A DNA stretch of 64,000 nucleotides from Eledone cirrhosa (Eukaryota), in the NCBI GenBank assembly GCA_964016885.1, contig OZ024752.1, positions 19,220,001 to 19,284,000 on the forward strand, read 5' to 3'. The position numbers and the translations under genes were made by a program. Shown piece after piece: positions 43,811 to 58,400 of this stretch (the stretch's first letter is position 1; each line of letters begins with the position of its first letter). Under the pieces are notes generated by a model. The model had not been told where the DNA came from. It did no database searches and worked only from the letters and a program-made list of their open reading frames with translations.

Positions 43811-46170
43811 ACCCCTTAACCACACAGCTATGCGATATGTATAAAACTGAACCCCTTAACCACACAGCTATGCTATATGTATAAAACTGAACCCCTTAAC
43901 CACACAGCTATGCTATATGTATAAAACTGAACCCCTTAACCACACAGCTATGCTATATGTATAAAACTGAACCCCTTAACCACACAGCTATGCTATATGT
44001 ATAAAACTGAACCCCTTAACCACACAGCTATGCTATATGTATAAAACTGAACCCCTTAACCACACAGCTATGCTATATGCATAAAACTGAACCCCTTAAC
44101 CACACAGCTATGCTATATGTATAAAACTGAACCCCTTAACCACACAGCTATGCTATATGTATAAAACTGAACCCCTTAACCACACAGCTATGCTATATGT
44201 ATAAAACTGAACCCCTTAACCACACAGCTATGCTATATGCATAAAACTGAACCCCTTAACCACACAGCTATGCTATATGTATAAAACTGAACCCCTTAAC
44301 CACACAGCTATGCTATATGGATAAAACTGAACCCCTTAACCACACAGCTATGCTATATGTATAAAACTGAACCCCTTAACCACACAGCTATGCTATATGT
44401 ATAAAACTGAACCCCTTAACCACACAGCTATGCTATATGTATAAAACTGAACCCCTTAACCACACAGCTATGCTATATGCATAAAACTGAACCCCTTAAC
44501 CACACAGCTATGCTATATGTATAAAACTGAACCCCTTAACCACACAGCTATGCTATATGCATAAAACTGAACCCCTTAACCACACAGCTATGCTATATGT
44601 ATAAAACTGAACCCCTTAACCACACAGCTATGCTATATGTATAAAACTGAACCCCTTAACCACACAGCTATGCTATATGTATAAAACTGAACACCTTAAC
44701 CACACAGCTATGCTATATGCATAAAACTGAACCCCTTAACCACACAGCTATGCTATATGTATAAATTTGAACCCCTTAGCCACACAGCTATGCTATATGT
44801 ATAAAACTGAACCCCTTAACCACACAGCTATGCTATATGTATAAAACTGAACCCCTTAACCACACAGCTATGCTATATGTATAAAACTGAACCCCTTAAC
44901 TACACAGCTATGCTATATGTATAAAACTGAACCCCTTAACCACACAGCTATGCTATATGTACATAACTGAACCCCTTAACCACACAGCTATGCTATATGC
45001 ATAAAACTGAACCCCTTAACCACACAGCTATGCTATATGTACATAACTGAACCCCTTAACCACACAGCTATGCTATATGTATAAAACTGACACCTTAACC
45101 ACACAGCTATGCTATATGTATAAAACTGAACCCCTTAACCACACAGCTATGCTATATGTATAAAACTGAACCCCTTAACTACACAGCTATGCTATATGTA
45201 TAAAACAGAACCCCTTAACCACACAGCTATGCTATATGTATAAAACTGAACCCCTTAACCACACAGCTATGCTATATGTATAAAACTGAACCCCTTAACC
45301 ACACAGCTATGCTATATGTATGAAACTGAACCCCTTAGCCACACAGCTATGCTATATGTATAAAACTGAAACCCTTAACCACACAGCTATGCTATATGTA
45401 TAAAACTGACCCCTTAACCACACAGCTATGCTATATGTATAAAACTGAACCCCTTAACCACACAGCTATGCTATATGTATAAAACTGAACCCCTTAACCA
45501 CACAGCTATGCTATATGTAGAAAACTGAACCCCTTAACCACACAGCTATGCTATATGTAGAAAACTGAACCCCTTAACCACACAGCTATGCTATATGTAT
45601 AAAACTGAACCCCTTAACCACACAGCTATGCTATATGTATAAAACTGAACCCCTTAACCACACAGCTATGGTATATGTATAAAACTGAACCCCTTAACCA
45701 CACAGCTATGCTATATGTATAAAACTGAACCCCTTAACCACACAGCTATGCTATATGTATAAAACTGAACCCCTTAACCACACAGCTATGCTATATGTAT
45801 AAAACTGAACCCCTTAACCACACAGCTATGCAATATGTATAAAACTGAACCCCTTAACCACACAGCTATGCTATATCTATAAAACTGAACCCCTTAACCA
45901 CACAGCTATGCTTTATGTATAAAACTGAACCCCTTAACCACACAGCTATGCTATATGTATAAAACTGAACCCCTTAACCACACAGCTATGATATATGTAT
46001 AAAACGGAATACCTTAACCACACAGCTATGCTATATGTATAAAACTGAACCCCTGAACCACACAGCTATGCTATATGTACATAACTGAACCCCTTAACCA
46101 CACAGCTATGCTATATGTACATAACTGAACCCCTTAACCACACAGCTATGCTATATGTATAAAACTGAAC
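41450..46170 (+). repeat. Tandem higher-order duplication, period 2358 bp (59 monomers)
   Basis: Markers recur at +2358: GCGAT 41476/43834, ATGGATA ~41961/~44319, AAATTTGAA ~42408/~44766, ATGATATATG ~43632/~45990. Confidence 0.9.
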
Positions 46171-46399
46171 CCCTTAACCACACAGCTATGCTATATGTAT
46201 AAAACGGAACCCCTTAACCACACAGCTATGCTATATGTATAAAACTGAACCCCTGAACCACACAGCTATGCTATATGTATAAAACTGAACCCCTTAACCA
46301 CACAGCTATGCTATATGTATAAAACTGAACCCCTTAACCAAACAGCTATGCTATATGTATAAAACAGAACCCCTTAACCACACAGCTATGCTATATGTA

Positions 46400-49300
46400 T
46401 AAAACTGAACCCCTTAACCACACAGCTATGCGATATGTATAAAACTGAACCCCTTAACCACACAGCTATGCTATATGTATATAACTGAACCCCTTAACCA
46501 CACAGCTATGCTATATGTATATAACTGAACCCCTTAACCACACAGCTATGCTATATGCATAAAACTGAACCCCTTAACCACACAGCTATGCTATATGTGT
46601 AAAACTGAACCCCCTAACCAGACAGCTATGCTATATGTATGAAACTGAACCCCTTAACCACACAGCTATGCTATATGTATAAAACTGAAACCCTTAACCA
46701 CACAGAAATGCTATATGTATAAAACTGAACTCCTTAACCACACAGCTATGCTATATGTATGAAACTGAACCCCTTAACCACACAGCTATGCTATATGTAT
46801 AAAACGGAACCCCTTAACCACACAGCTATGCTATATGTATAAAACTGAACCCCTGAACCACACAGCTATGCTATATGTATAAAACTGAACCCCTTAACCA
46901 CACAGGTATGCTATATGTATAAAACTGACACCTTAACCAAACAGCTATGCTATATGTATAAAACAGAACCCCTTAACCACACAGCTATGCTATATGTATA
47001 AAACTGAACCCCTTAACCACACAGCTATGCTATATGTATAAAACTGAACCCCTTAACCACACAGCTATGCTATATGTATAAAACTGAACCCCTTAACCAC
47101 ACAGCTATGCTATATGTATAAAACTGAACCCCTTAACCACACAGCTATGCTATATGTATAAAACTGAACCCCTTAACCACACAGCTATGCTATATGTATA
47201 AAACTGACACCTTAACCACACAGCTATGCTATATGTATAAAACTGAACTCCTTAATCACACAGCTATGCTATATGTATAAAACTGAACCCCTTAACCACA
47301 CAGCTATGCTATATGTATAAAACTGAACCCCTTAACCACACAGCTATGCTATATGTATAAAACTGAACCCCTAAACCACACAGCTATGCTATATGTATAA
47401 AACTGAATCCCTTAACCACACAGCTAAGCGATATGTATAAAACTGAACCCCTAAACCACACAGCTATGCTATATGTATAAAACTGAACTCCTTAATCACA
47501 CAGCTATGCTATATGTATAAAACTGAACCCCTTAACCACACAGCTATGCTATATGTATAAAACTGAACCCCTTAACCACACAGCTATGCTATATGTATAA
47601 AACTGAACCCCTTAACCACACAGCTATGCGATATGTATAAAACTGAACCCCTTAACCACACAGCTATGCTATATGTATATAACTGAACCCCTAAACCACA
47701 CAGCTATGCTATATGTATAAAACTGACACCTTAACCACACAGCTATGCGATATGTATAAAACTGAACCCCTTAACCACACAGCTATGCTATATGTATAAA
47801 ACTGAACCCCTAAACCACACAGCTATGCTATATGTATAAAACTGAACCCCTTAACCACACAGCTATGCGATATGTATAAAACTGAACCCCTTAACCACAC
47901 AGCTATGCTATATGTATAAAACTGAACCCCTTAACCACACAGCTATGCTATATGTATAAAACTGAACCCCTTAACCACACAGCTATGCTATATGTATAAA
48001 ACTGAACCCCTTAACCACACAGCTATGCTATATGTATAAAACTGAACCCCTTAACCACACAGCTATGCTATATGTATAAAACTGAACCCCTTAACCACAC
48101 AGCTATGCTATATGCATAAAACTGAACCCCTTAACCACACAGCTATGCTTTATGTATAAAACTGAACCCCTTAACCACACAGCTATGCTATATGTATAAA
48201 ACTGAACCCCTTAACCACACAGCTATGCTATATGTATAAAACTGAACCCCTTAACCACACAGCTATGCTATATGCATAAAACTGAACCCCTTAACCACAC
48301 AGCTATGCTATATGTATAAAACTGAACCCCTTAACCACACAGCTATGCTATATGCATAAAACTGAACCCCTTAACCACACAGCTATGCTATATGTATAAA
48401 ACTGAACCCCTTAACCACACAGCTATGCTATATGTATAAAACTGAACCCCTTAACCACACAGCTATGCTATATGTATAAAACTGAACCCCTTAACCACAC
48501 AGCTATGCTATATGCATAAAACTGAACCCCTTAACCACACAGCTATGCTATATGTATAAAACTGAACCCCTTAACCACACAGCTATGCTATATGCATAAA
48601 ACTGAACCCCTTAACCACACAGCTATGCTATATGTATAAAACTGAACCCCTTAACCACACAGCTATGCTATATGTATAAAACTGAACCCCTTAACCACAC
48701 AGCTATGCTATATGTATAAAACTGAACCCCTTAACCACACAGCTATGCTATATGCATAAAACTGAACCCCTTAACCACACAGCTATGCTATATGTATAAA
48801 TTTGAACCCCTTAGCCACACAGCTATGCTATATGTATAAAACTGAACCCCTTAACCACACAGCTATGCTATATGTATAAAACTGAACCCCTTAACCACAC
48901 AGCTATGCTATATGTATAAAACTGAACCCCTTAACTACACAGCTATGCTATATGTATAAAACTGAACCCCTTAACCACACAGCTATGCTATATGTACATA
49001 ACTGAACTCCTTAACCACACAGCTATGCTATATGTATAAAACTGAACCCCTTAACTACACAGCTATGCTATATGTATAAAACAGAACCCCTTAACCACAC
49101 AGCTATGCTATATGTATAAAACTGAACCCCTTAACCACACAGCTATGCTATATGTATAAAACTGAACCCCTTAACCACACAGCTATGCTATATGTATGAA
49201 ACTGAACCCCTTAGCCACACAGCTATGCTATATGTATAAAACTGAAACCCTTAACCACACAGCTATGCTATATGTATAAAACTGACCCCTTAACCACACA

Positions 49301-50510
49301 GCTATGCTATATGTATAAAACTGAACCCCTTAACCACACAGCTATGCTATATGTATAAAACTGAACCCCTTAACCACACAGCTATGCTATATGTAGAAAA
49401 CTGAACCCCTTAACCACACAGCTATGCTATATGTAGAAAACTGAACCCCTTAACCACACAGCTATGCTATATGTATAAAACTGAACCCCTTAACCACACA
49501 GCTATGCTATATGTATAAAACTGAACCCCTTAACCACACAGCTATGGTATATGTATAAAACTGAACCCCTTAACCACACAGCTATGCTATATGTATAAAA
49601 CTGAACCCCTTAACCACACAGCTATGCTATATGTATAAAACTGAACCCCTTAACCACACAGCTATGCTATATGTATAAAACTGAACCCCTTAACCACACA
49701 GCTATGCAATATGTATAAAACTGAACCCCTTAACCACACAGCTATGCTATATGTATAAAACTGAACCCCTTAACCACACAGCTATGCTTTATGTATAAAA
49801 CTGAACCCCTTAACCACACAGCTATGCTATATGTATAAAACTGAACCCCTTAACCACACAGCTATGATATATGTATAAAACGGAATCCCTTAACCACACA
49901 GCTATGCTATATGTATAAAACTGAACCCCTGAACCACACAGCTATGCCATATGTACATAACTGAACCCCTTAACCACACAGCTATGCTATATGTACATAA
50001 CTGAACCCCTTAACCACACAGCTATGCTATATGCATAAAACTGAACCCCTTAACCACACAGCTATGCTATATGTATGAAACTGAACCCCTTAACCACACA
50101 GCTATGCTATATGTATAAAACTGAACCCCTTAACCACACAGGTATGCTATATGTATAAAACTGACACCTTAACCACACAGCTATGCTATATGCATAAAAC
50201 TGAACCCCTTAACCACACAGCTATGCTATATGTATGAAACTGAACCCCTAAACCACACAGCTAAGCTATATGTATAAAACTGAACCCCTAAACCACACAG
50301 CTATGCTATATGTATAAAACTGAACCCCTTAACCACACAGCTATGCGATATGTATAAAATTGAACCCCTTAACCACACAGCTATGCTATATGTATATAAC
50401 TGAACCCTTAACCACACAGCTATGCTATATGTATATAACTGAACCCCTTAACCACACAGCTATGCTATATGCATAAAACTGAACCCCTTAACCACACAGC
50501 TATGCTATAT
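46400..50510 (+). repeat. Long segment copy of ~27900-32020 (offset 18,494 bp)
   Basis: Shared markers include the rare GCTAAGCGAT ~28932/~47426, plus CAGAAATG ~28212/~46706, AAATTTGAA ~30307/~48801, ATGATATATG ~31372/~49866 and ATGCCATATG ~31454/~49948. Confidence 0.88.
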
Positions 50511-52420
50511 GTATAAAACTGAACCCCTTAGCCACACAGCTATGTATATGTATAAAACTGAACCCCTTAGCCACACAGCTATGTATATGTATAAAACTGA
50601 ACCCCTTAACCACACAGCTATGCTATATGTATAAAACTAAACCCCTTAACCACACAGCTATGCTATATGTATAAAACTGAACCCCTTAACCACACAGCTA
50701 TGCGATATGTATAAAACTGAACCCCTTAACCACACAGCTATGCTATATGTATATAACTGAAACCCTTAACCACACGGCTATGCTATATGCATAAAACTGA
50801 ACCCCTTAACCACACAGCTATGCTATATGTATACAACTGAACCCCTTAACCACACAGCTATGCTATATGTATGAAACTGAACCCCTTAACCACACAGCTA
50901 TGCTATATGTATAAAACTGAAACCCTTAACCACACAGCTATGCTATATGTATGAAACTGAACCCCTTAACCACACAGCTATGCTATATGTATAAAACTGA
51001 AACCCTTAACCACACAGCTATGCTATATGTATAAAACTGAACCCCTTAACCACACAGCTATGCTATATGTATAAAACTGAACCCCTTAACCACACAGCTA
51101 TGCAATATGTATAAAACTGAACCCCTTAACCACACAGCTATGCTATATGTATAAAACTGAACCCCTTAACCACACAGCTATGCTTTATGTATAAAACTGA
51201 ACCCCTTAACCACACAGCTATGCTATATGTATAAAACTGAACCCCTTAACCACACAGCTATGATATATGTATAAAACGGAATCCCTTAACCACACAGCTA
51301 TGCTATATGTATAAAACTGAACCCCTGAACCACACAGCTATGCCATATGTACATAACTGAACCCCTTAACCACACAGCTATGCTATATGTACATAACTGA
51401 ACCCCTTAACCACACAGCTATGCTATATGCATAAAACTGAACCCCTTAACCACACAGCTATGCTATATGTATGAAACTGAACCCCTTAACCACACAGCTA
51501 TGCTATATGTATAAAACTGAACCCCTTAACCACACAGGTATGCTATATGTATAAAACTGACACCTTAACCACACAGCTATGCTATATGCATAAAACTGAA
51601 CCCCTTAACCACACAGCTATGCTATATGTATGAAACTGAACCCCTAAACCACACAGCTAAGCTATATGTATAAAACTGAACCCCTAAACCACACAGCTAT
51701 GCTATATGTATAAAACTGAACCCCTTAACCACACAGATATGCGATATGTATAAAATTGAACCCCTTAACCACACAGCTATGCTATATGTATATAACTGAA
51801 CCCTTAACCACACAGCTATGCTATATGTATATAACTGAACCCCTTAACCACACAGCTATGCTATATGCATAAAACTGAACCCCTTAACCACACAGCTATG
51901 CTATATGTATAAAACTGAACCCCTTAGCCACACAGCTATGTATATGTATAAAACTGAACCCCTTAGCCACACAGCTATGTATATGTATAAAACTGAACCC
52001 CTTAACCACACAGCTATGCTATATGTATAAAACTAAACCCCTTAACCACACAGCTATGCTATATGTATAAAACTGAACCCCTTAACCACACAGCTATGCG
52101 ATATGTATAAAACTGAACCCCTTAACCACACAGCTATGCTATATGTATATAACTGAAACCCTTAACCACACGGCTATGCTATATGCATAAAACTGAACCC
52201 CTTAACCACACAGCTATGCTATATGTATACAACTGAACCCCTTAACCACACAGCTATGCTATATGTATGAAACTGAACCCCTTAACCACACAGCTATGCT
52301 ATATGTATAAAACTGAAACCCTTAAACACACAGCTATGCTATATGTATGAAACTGAACCCCTTAACCACACAGCTATGCTATATGTATAAAACTGAAACC
52401 CTTAACCACACAGCTATGCT
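49650..52420 (+). repeat. Tandem higher-order duplication, period 1396 bp (35 monomers), spanning the subfamily boundary
   Basis: Markers recur at +1396: ATGCAAT 49708/51104, ATGATATATG ~49866/~51262, ACACGGCT ~50776/~52172. Confidence 0.88.
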
Positions 52421-55400
52421 ATATGTATAAAACTGACCCCTTAACCACACAGCTATGCTATATGTATAAAACTGAAACCCTTAACCACACAGCTATGCTA
52501 TATGTATAAAACTGAACTCCTTAACCACACAGCTATGCTATATGTATAAAACTGAACCCCTTAACCACACAGCTATGCTATATGTAGAAAACTGAACCCC
52601 TTAACCACACAGCTATGCTATATGTATAAAACTGAACCCCTTAACCACACAGCTATGCTATATGTAGAAAACTGAACCCCTTAACCACACAGCTATGCTA
52701 TATGTATAAAACTGAACCCCTTAACCACACAGCTATGCTATATGTATAAAACTGAACTCCTTAACCACACAGCTATGCAATATGTATAAAACTGAAACCC
52801 TTAACCACACAGCTATGCAATATGTATAAAACTGAACCCCTTAACCACACAGATATGCTATATGTATAAAACTGAACCCCTTAACCACACAGCTATGCTA
52901 TATGTATAAAACTGAACCCCTTAACCACACAGCTATGCTATATGTATAAAACTGAACCCCTTAACCACACAGCTATGCTATATGTATAAAACGGAAACCC
53001 TTAATCACACAGCTATGCTATATGTATAAAACTGAACCCCTGAACCACACAGCTATGCTATATGTAGAAAACTGAACCCCTTAACCACACAGCTATGCTA
53101 TATGTATAAAACTGAACCCCTAAACCACACAGCTATGCTATATGTATAAAACTGAACCCCTTAACCACACAGCTATGCGATATGTATAAAACTGAACCCC
53201 TTAACCACACAGCTATGCTATATGTATATAACTGAACCCTTAACCACACAGCTATGCTATATGCATAAAACTGAACCCCTTAACCACACAGCTATGCTAT
53301 ATGTATAAAACGGAAACCCTTAACCACACAGCTATGCTATATGTATAAAACTGAACCCCTGAACCACACAGCTATGCTATATGTAGAAAACTGAACCCCT
53401 TAACCACACAGCTATGCTATATGTATAAAACTGAACCCCTAAACCACACAGCTATGCTATATGTATAAAACTGAACCCCTTAACCACACAGCTATGCGAT
53501 ATGTATAAAACTGAACCCCTTAACCACACAGCTATGCTATATGTATATAACTGAACCCTTAACCACACAGCTATGCTATATGCATAAAACTGAACCCCTT
53601 AACCACACAGCTATGCTATATGTATAAAACTGAACCCCTTAGCCACACAGCTATGTATATGTATAAAACTGAACCCCTTAGCCACACAGCTATGTATATG
53701 TATAAAACTGAACCCCTTAACCACACAGCTATGCTATATCTATAAAACTAAACCCCTTAACCACACAGCTATGCTATATGTATAAAACTGAACCCCTTAA
53801 CCACACAGCTATGCTATATGTATAAAACTGAACTCCTTAACCACACAGCTATGCTATATGTATAAAACTGAACCCCTTAACCACACAGCTATGCTATATG
53901 TAGAAAACTGAACCCCTTAACCACACAGCTATGCTATATGTATAAAACTGAACCCCTTAACCACACAGCTATGCTATATGTAGAAAACTGAACCCCTTAA
54001 CCACACAGCTATGCTATATGTATAAAACTGAACCCCTTAACCACACAGCTATGCTATATGTATAAAACTGAACTCCTTAACCACACAGCTATGCAATATG
54101 TATAAAACTGAAACCCTTAACCACACAGCTATGCTATATGTATAAAACTGAACCCCTTAACCACACAGATATGCTATATGTATAAAACTGAACCCCTTAA
54201 CCACACAGCTATGCTATATGTATAAAACTGAACCCCTTAACCACACAGCTATGCTATATGTATAAAACTGAACCCCTTAACCACACAGCTATGCTATATG
54301 TATAAAACGGAAACCCTTAACCACACAGCTATGCTATATGTATAAAACTGAACCCCTGAACCACACAGCTATGCTATATGTAGAAAACTGAACCCCTTAA
54401 CCACACAGCTATGCTATATGTATAAAACTGAACCCCTAAACCACACAGCTATGCTATATGTATAAAACTGAACCCCTTAACCACACAGCTATGCGATATG
54501 TATAAAACTGAACCCCTTAACCACACAGCTATGCTATATGTATATAACTGAACCCTTAACCACACAGCTATGCTATATGCATAAAACTGAACCCCTTAAC
54601 CACACAGCTATGCTATATGTATAAAACGGAAACCCTTAACCACACAGCTATGCTATATGTATAAAACTGAACCCCTGAACCACACAGCTATGCTATATGT
54701 AGAAAACTGAACCCCTTAACCACACAGCTATGCTATATGTATAAAACTGAACCCCTAAACCACACAGCTATGCTATATGTATAAAACTGAACCCCTTAAC
54801 CACACAGCTATGCGATATGTATAAAACTGAACCCCTTAACCACACAGCTATGCTATATGTATATAACTGAACCCTTAACCACACAGCTATGCTATATGCA
54901 TAAAACTGAACCCCTTAACCACACAGCTATGCTATATGTATAAAACTGAACCCCTTAGCCACACAGCTATGTATATGTATAAAACTGAACCCCTTAGCCA
55001 CACAGCTATGTATATGTATAAAACTGAACCCCTTAACCACACAGCTATGCTATATCTATAAAACTAAACCCCTTAACCACACAGCTATGCTATATGTATA
55101 AAACTGAACCCCTTAACCACACAGCTATGCGATATGTATAAAACTGAACCCCTTAACCACACAGCTATGCTATATGTATATAACTGAAACCCTTAACCAC
55201 ACAGCTATGCTATATGCATAAAACTGAACCCCTTAACCACACAGCTATGCTATATGCATAAAACTGAACCCCTTAACCACACAGCTATGCTATATGTATA
55301 AAACTGAACCCCTTAACCACACAGGTATGCTATATGTATAAAACTGACACCTTAACCACACAGCTATGCTATATGTATAAAACAGAACCCCTTAACCACA

Positions 55401-58400
55401 CAGCTATGCTATATGTATAAAACTGAACCCCTTAACCACACAGCTATGCTATATATATAAAACTGAACCCCTTAACCACACAGCTATGCTATATGTATGA
55501 AACTGAACCCCTTAACCACACAGCTATGCTATATGTATAAAACTGAAACCCTTAACCACACAGCTATGCTATATGTATGAAACTGAACCCATTAACCACA
55601 CAGCTATGCTATATGTATAAAACTGAAACCCTTAACCACACAGCTATGCTATATGTATAAAACTGAACCCCTTAACCACACAGCTATGCTATATGTATAA
55701 AACTGAACCCCTTAACCACACAGCTATGCTATATGTATAAAACTGAACCCCTTAACCACACCAGATATGCTATATGTATAAAACTGACCCCTTCACCACA
55801 CAGCTATGCTATATGTATAAAACTGATCCCTTAACCACACAGCTATGCTATATGTATAAAACTGAAACCCTTAACCACACAGCTATGCTATATGTATAAA
55901 ACTGAACCCCTTAACCACACAGCTATGCTATATGTATAAAACTGACACCTTAACCACACAGGTATGCTATATGTATAAAACTGAAACCCTTAACCACACA
56001 GCTATGCTATATGTATAAAACTGACACCTTAACCACACAGGTATGCTATATGTATAAAACTGAAACCCTTAACCACACAGCTATGCTATATGTATAAAAC
56101 TGAACCCCTTAACCACACAGCTATGCTATATGTATAAAACTGACACCTTAACCACACAGCTATGCTATATGTATAAAACTGAAACCCTTAACCACACAGC
56201 TATGCTATATGTATAAAGCTGAAACCCTTAACCACACAGCTATGCTATATGTATAAAACTGAACCCCTTAACCACACAGCTATGCGATATGTATAAAATT
56301 GAACCCCTTAACCACACAGCTATGCTATATGTATATAACTGAACCCTTAACCACACAGCTATGCTATATGTATATAACTGAACCCCTTAACCACACAGCT
56401 ATGCTATATGCATAAAACTGAACCCCTTAACCACACAGCTATGCTATATGTATAAAACTGAACCCCTTAGCCACACAGCTATGTATATGTATAAAACTGA
56501 ACCCCTTAGCCACACAGCTATGTATATGTATAAAACTGAACCCCTTAACCACACAGCTATGCTATATGTATAAAACTAAACCCCTTAACCACACAGCTAT
56601 GCTATATGTATAAAACTGAACCCCTTAACCACACAGCTATGCGATATGTATAAAACTGAACCCCTTAACCACACAGCTATGCTATATGTATATAACTGAA
56701 ACCCTTAACCACACGGCTATGCTATATGCATAAAACTGAACCCCTTAACCACACAGCTATGCTATATGTATACAACTGAACCCCTTAACCACACAGCTAT
56801 GCTATATGTATGAAACTGAACCCCTTAACCACACAGCTATGCTATATGTATAAAACTGAAACCCTTAACCACACAGCTATGCTATATGTATGAAACTGAA
56901 CCCCTTAACCACACAGCTATGCTATATGTATAAAACTGAAACCCTTAACCACACAGCTATGCTATATGTATAAAACTGACCCCTTAACCACACAGCTATG
57001 CTATATGTATAAAACTGAAACCCTTAACCACACAGCTATGCTATATGTATAAAACTGAACTCCTTAACCACACAGCTATGCTATATGTATAAAACTGAAC
57101 CCCTTAACCACACAGCTATGCTATATGTAGAAAACTGAACCCCTTAACCACACAGCTATGCTATATGTAGAAAACTGAACCCCTTAACCACACAGCTATG
57201 CTATATGTAGAAAACTGAACCCCTTAACCACACAGCTATGCTATATGTATAAAACTGAACCCCTAAACCACACAGCTATGCTATATGTATAAAACTGAAC
57301 CCCTTAACCACACAGCTATGCGATATGTATAAAACTGAACCCCTTAACCACACAGCTATGCTATATGTATATAACTGAACCCTTAACCACACAGCTATGC
57401 TATATGCATAAAACTGAACCCCTTAACCACACAGCTATGCTATATGTATAAAACGGAAACCCTTAACCACACAGCTATGCTATATGTATAAAACTGAACC
57501 CCTGAACCACACAGCTATGCTATATGTATATAACTGAAACCCTTAACCACACGGCTATGCTATATGCATAAAACTGAACCCCTTAACCACACAGCTATGC
57601 TATATGTATACAACTGAACCCCTTAACCACACAGCTATGCTATATGTATGAAACTGAACCCCTTAACCACACAGCTATGCTATATGTATAAAACTGAAAC
57701 CCTTAACCACACAGCTATGCTATATGTATGAAACTGAACCCCTTAACCACACAGCTATGCTATATGTATAAAACTGAAACCCTTAACCACACAGCTATGC
57801 TATATGTATAAAACTGACCCCTTAACCACACAGCTATGCTATATGTATAAAACTGAAACCCTTAACCACACAGCTATGCTATATGTATAAAACTGAACTC
57901 CTTAACCACACAGCTATGCTATATGTATAAAACTGAACCCCTTAACCACACAGCGATGCTATATGTAGAAAACTGAACCCCTTAACCACACAGCTATGCT
58001 ATATGTATAAAACTGAACCCCTTAACCACACAGCTATGCTATATGTAGAAAACTGAACCCCTTAACCACACAGCTATGCTATATGTATAAAACTGAACCC
58101 CTTAACCACACAGCTATGCTATATGTATAAAACTGAACTCCTTAACCACACAGCTATGCAATATGTATAAAACTGAAACCCTTAACCACACAGCTATGCT
58201 ATATGTATAAAACTGAACCCCTTAACCACACAGATATGCTATATGTATAAAACTGAACCCCTTAACCACACAGCTATGCTATATGTATAAAACTGAACCC
58301 CTTAACCACACAGCTATGCTATATGTATAAAACTGAACCCCTTAACCACACAGCTATGCTATATGTATAAAACGGAAACCCTTAACCACACAGCTATGCT

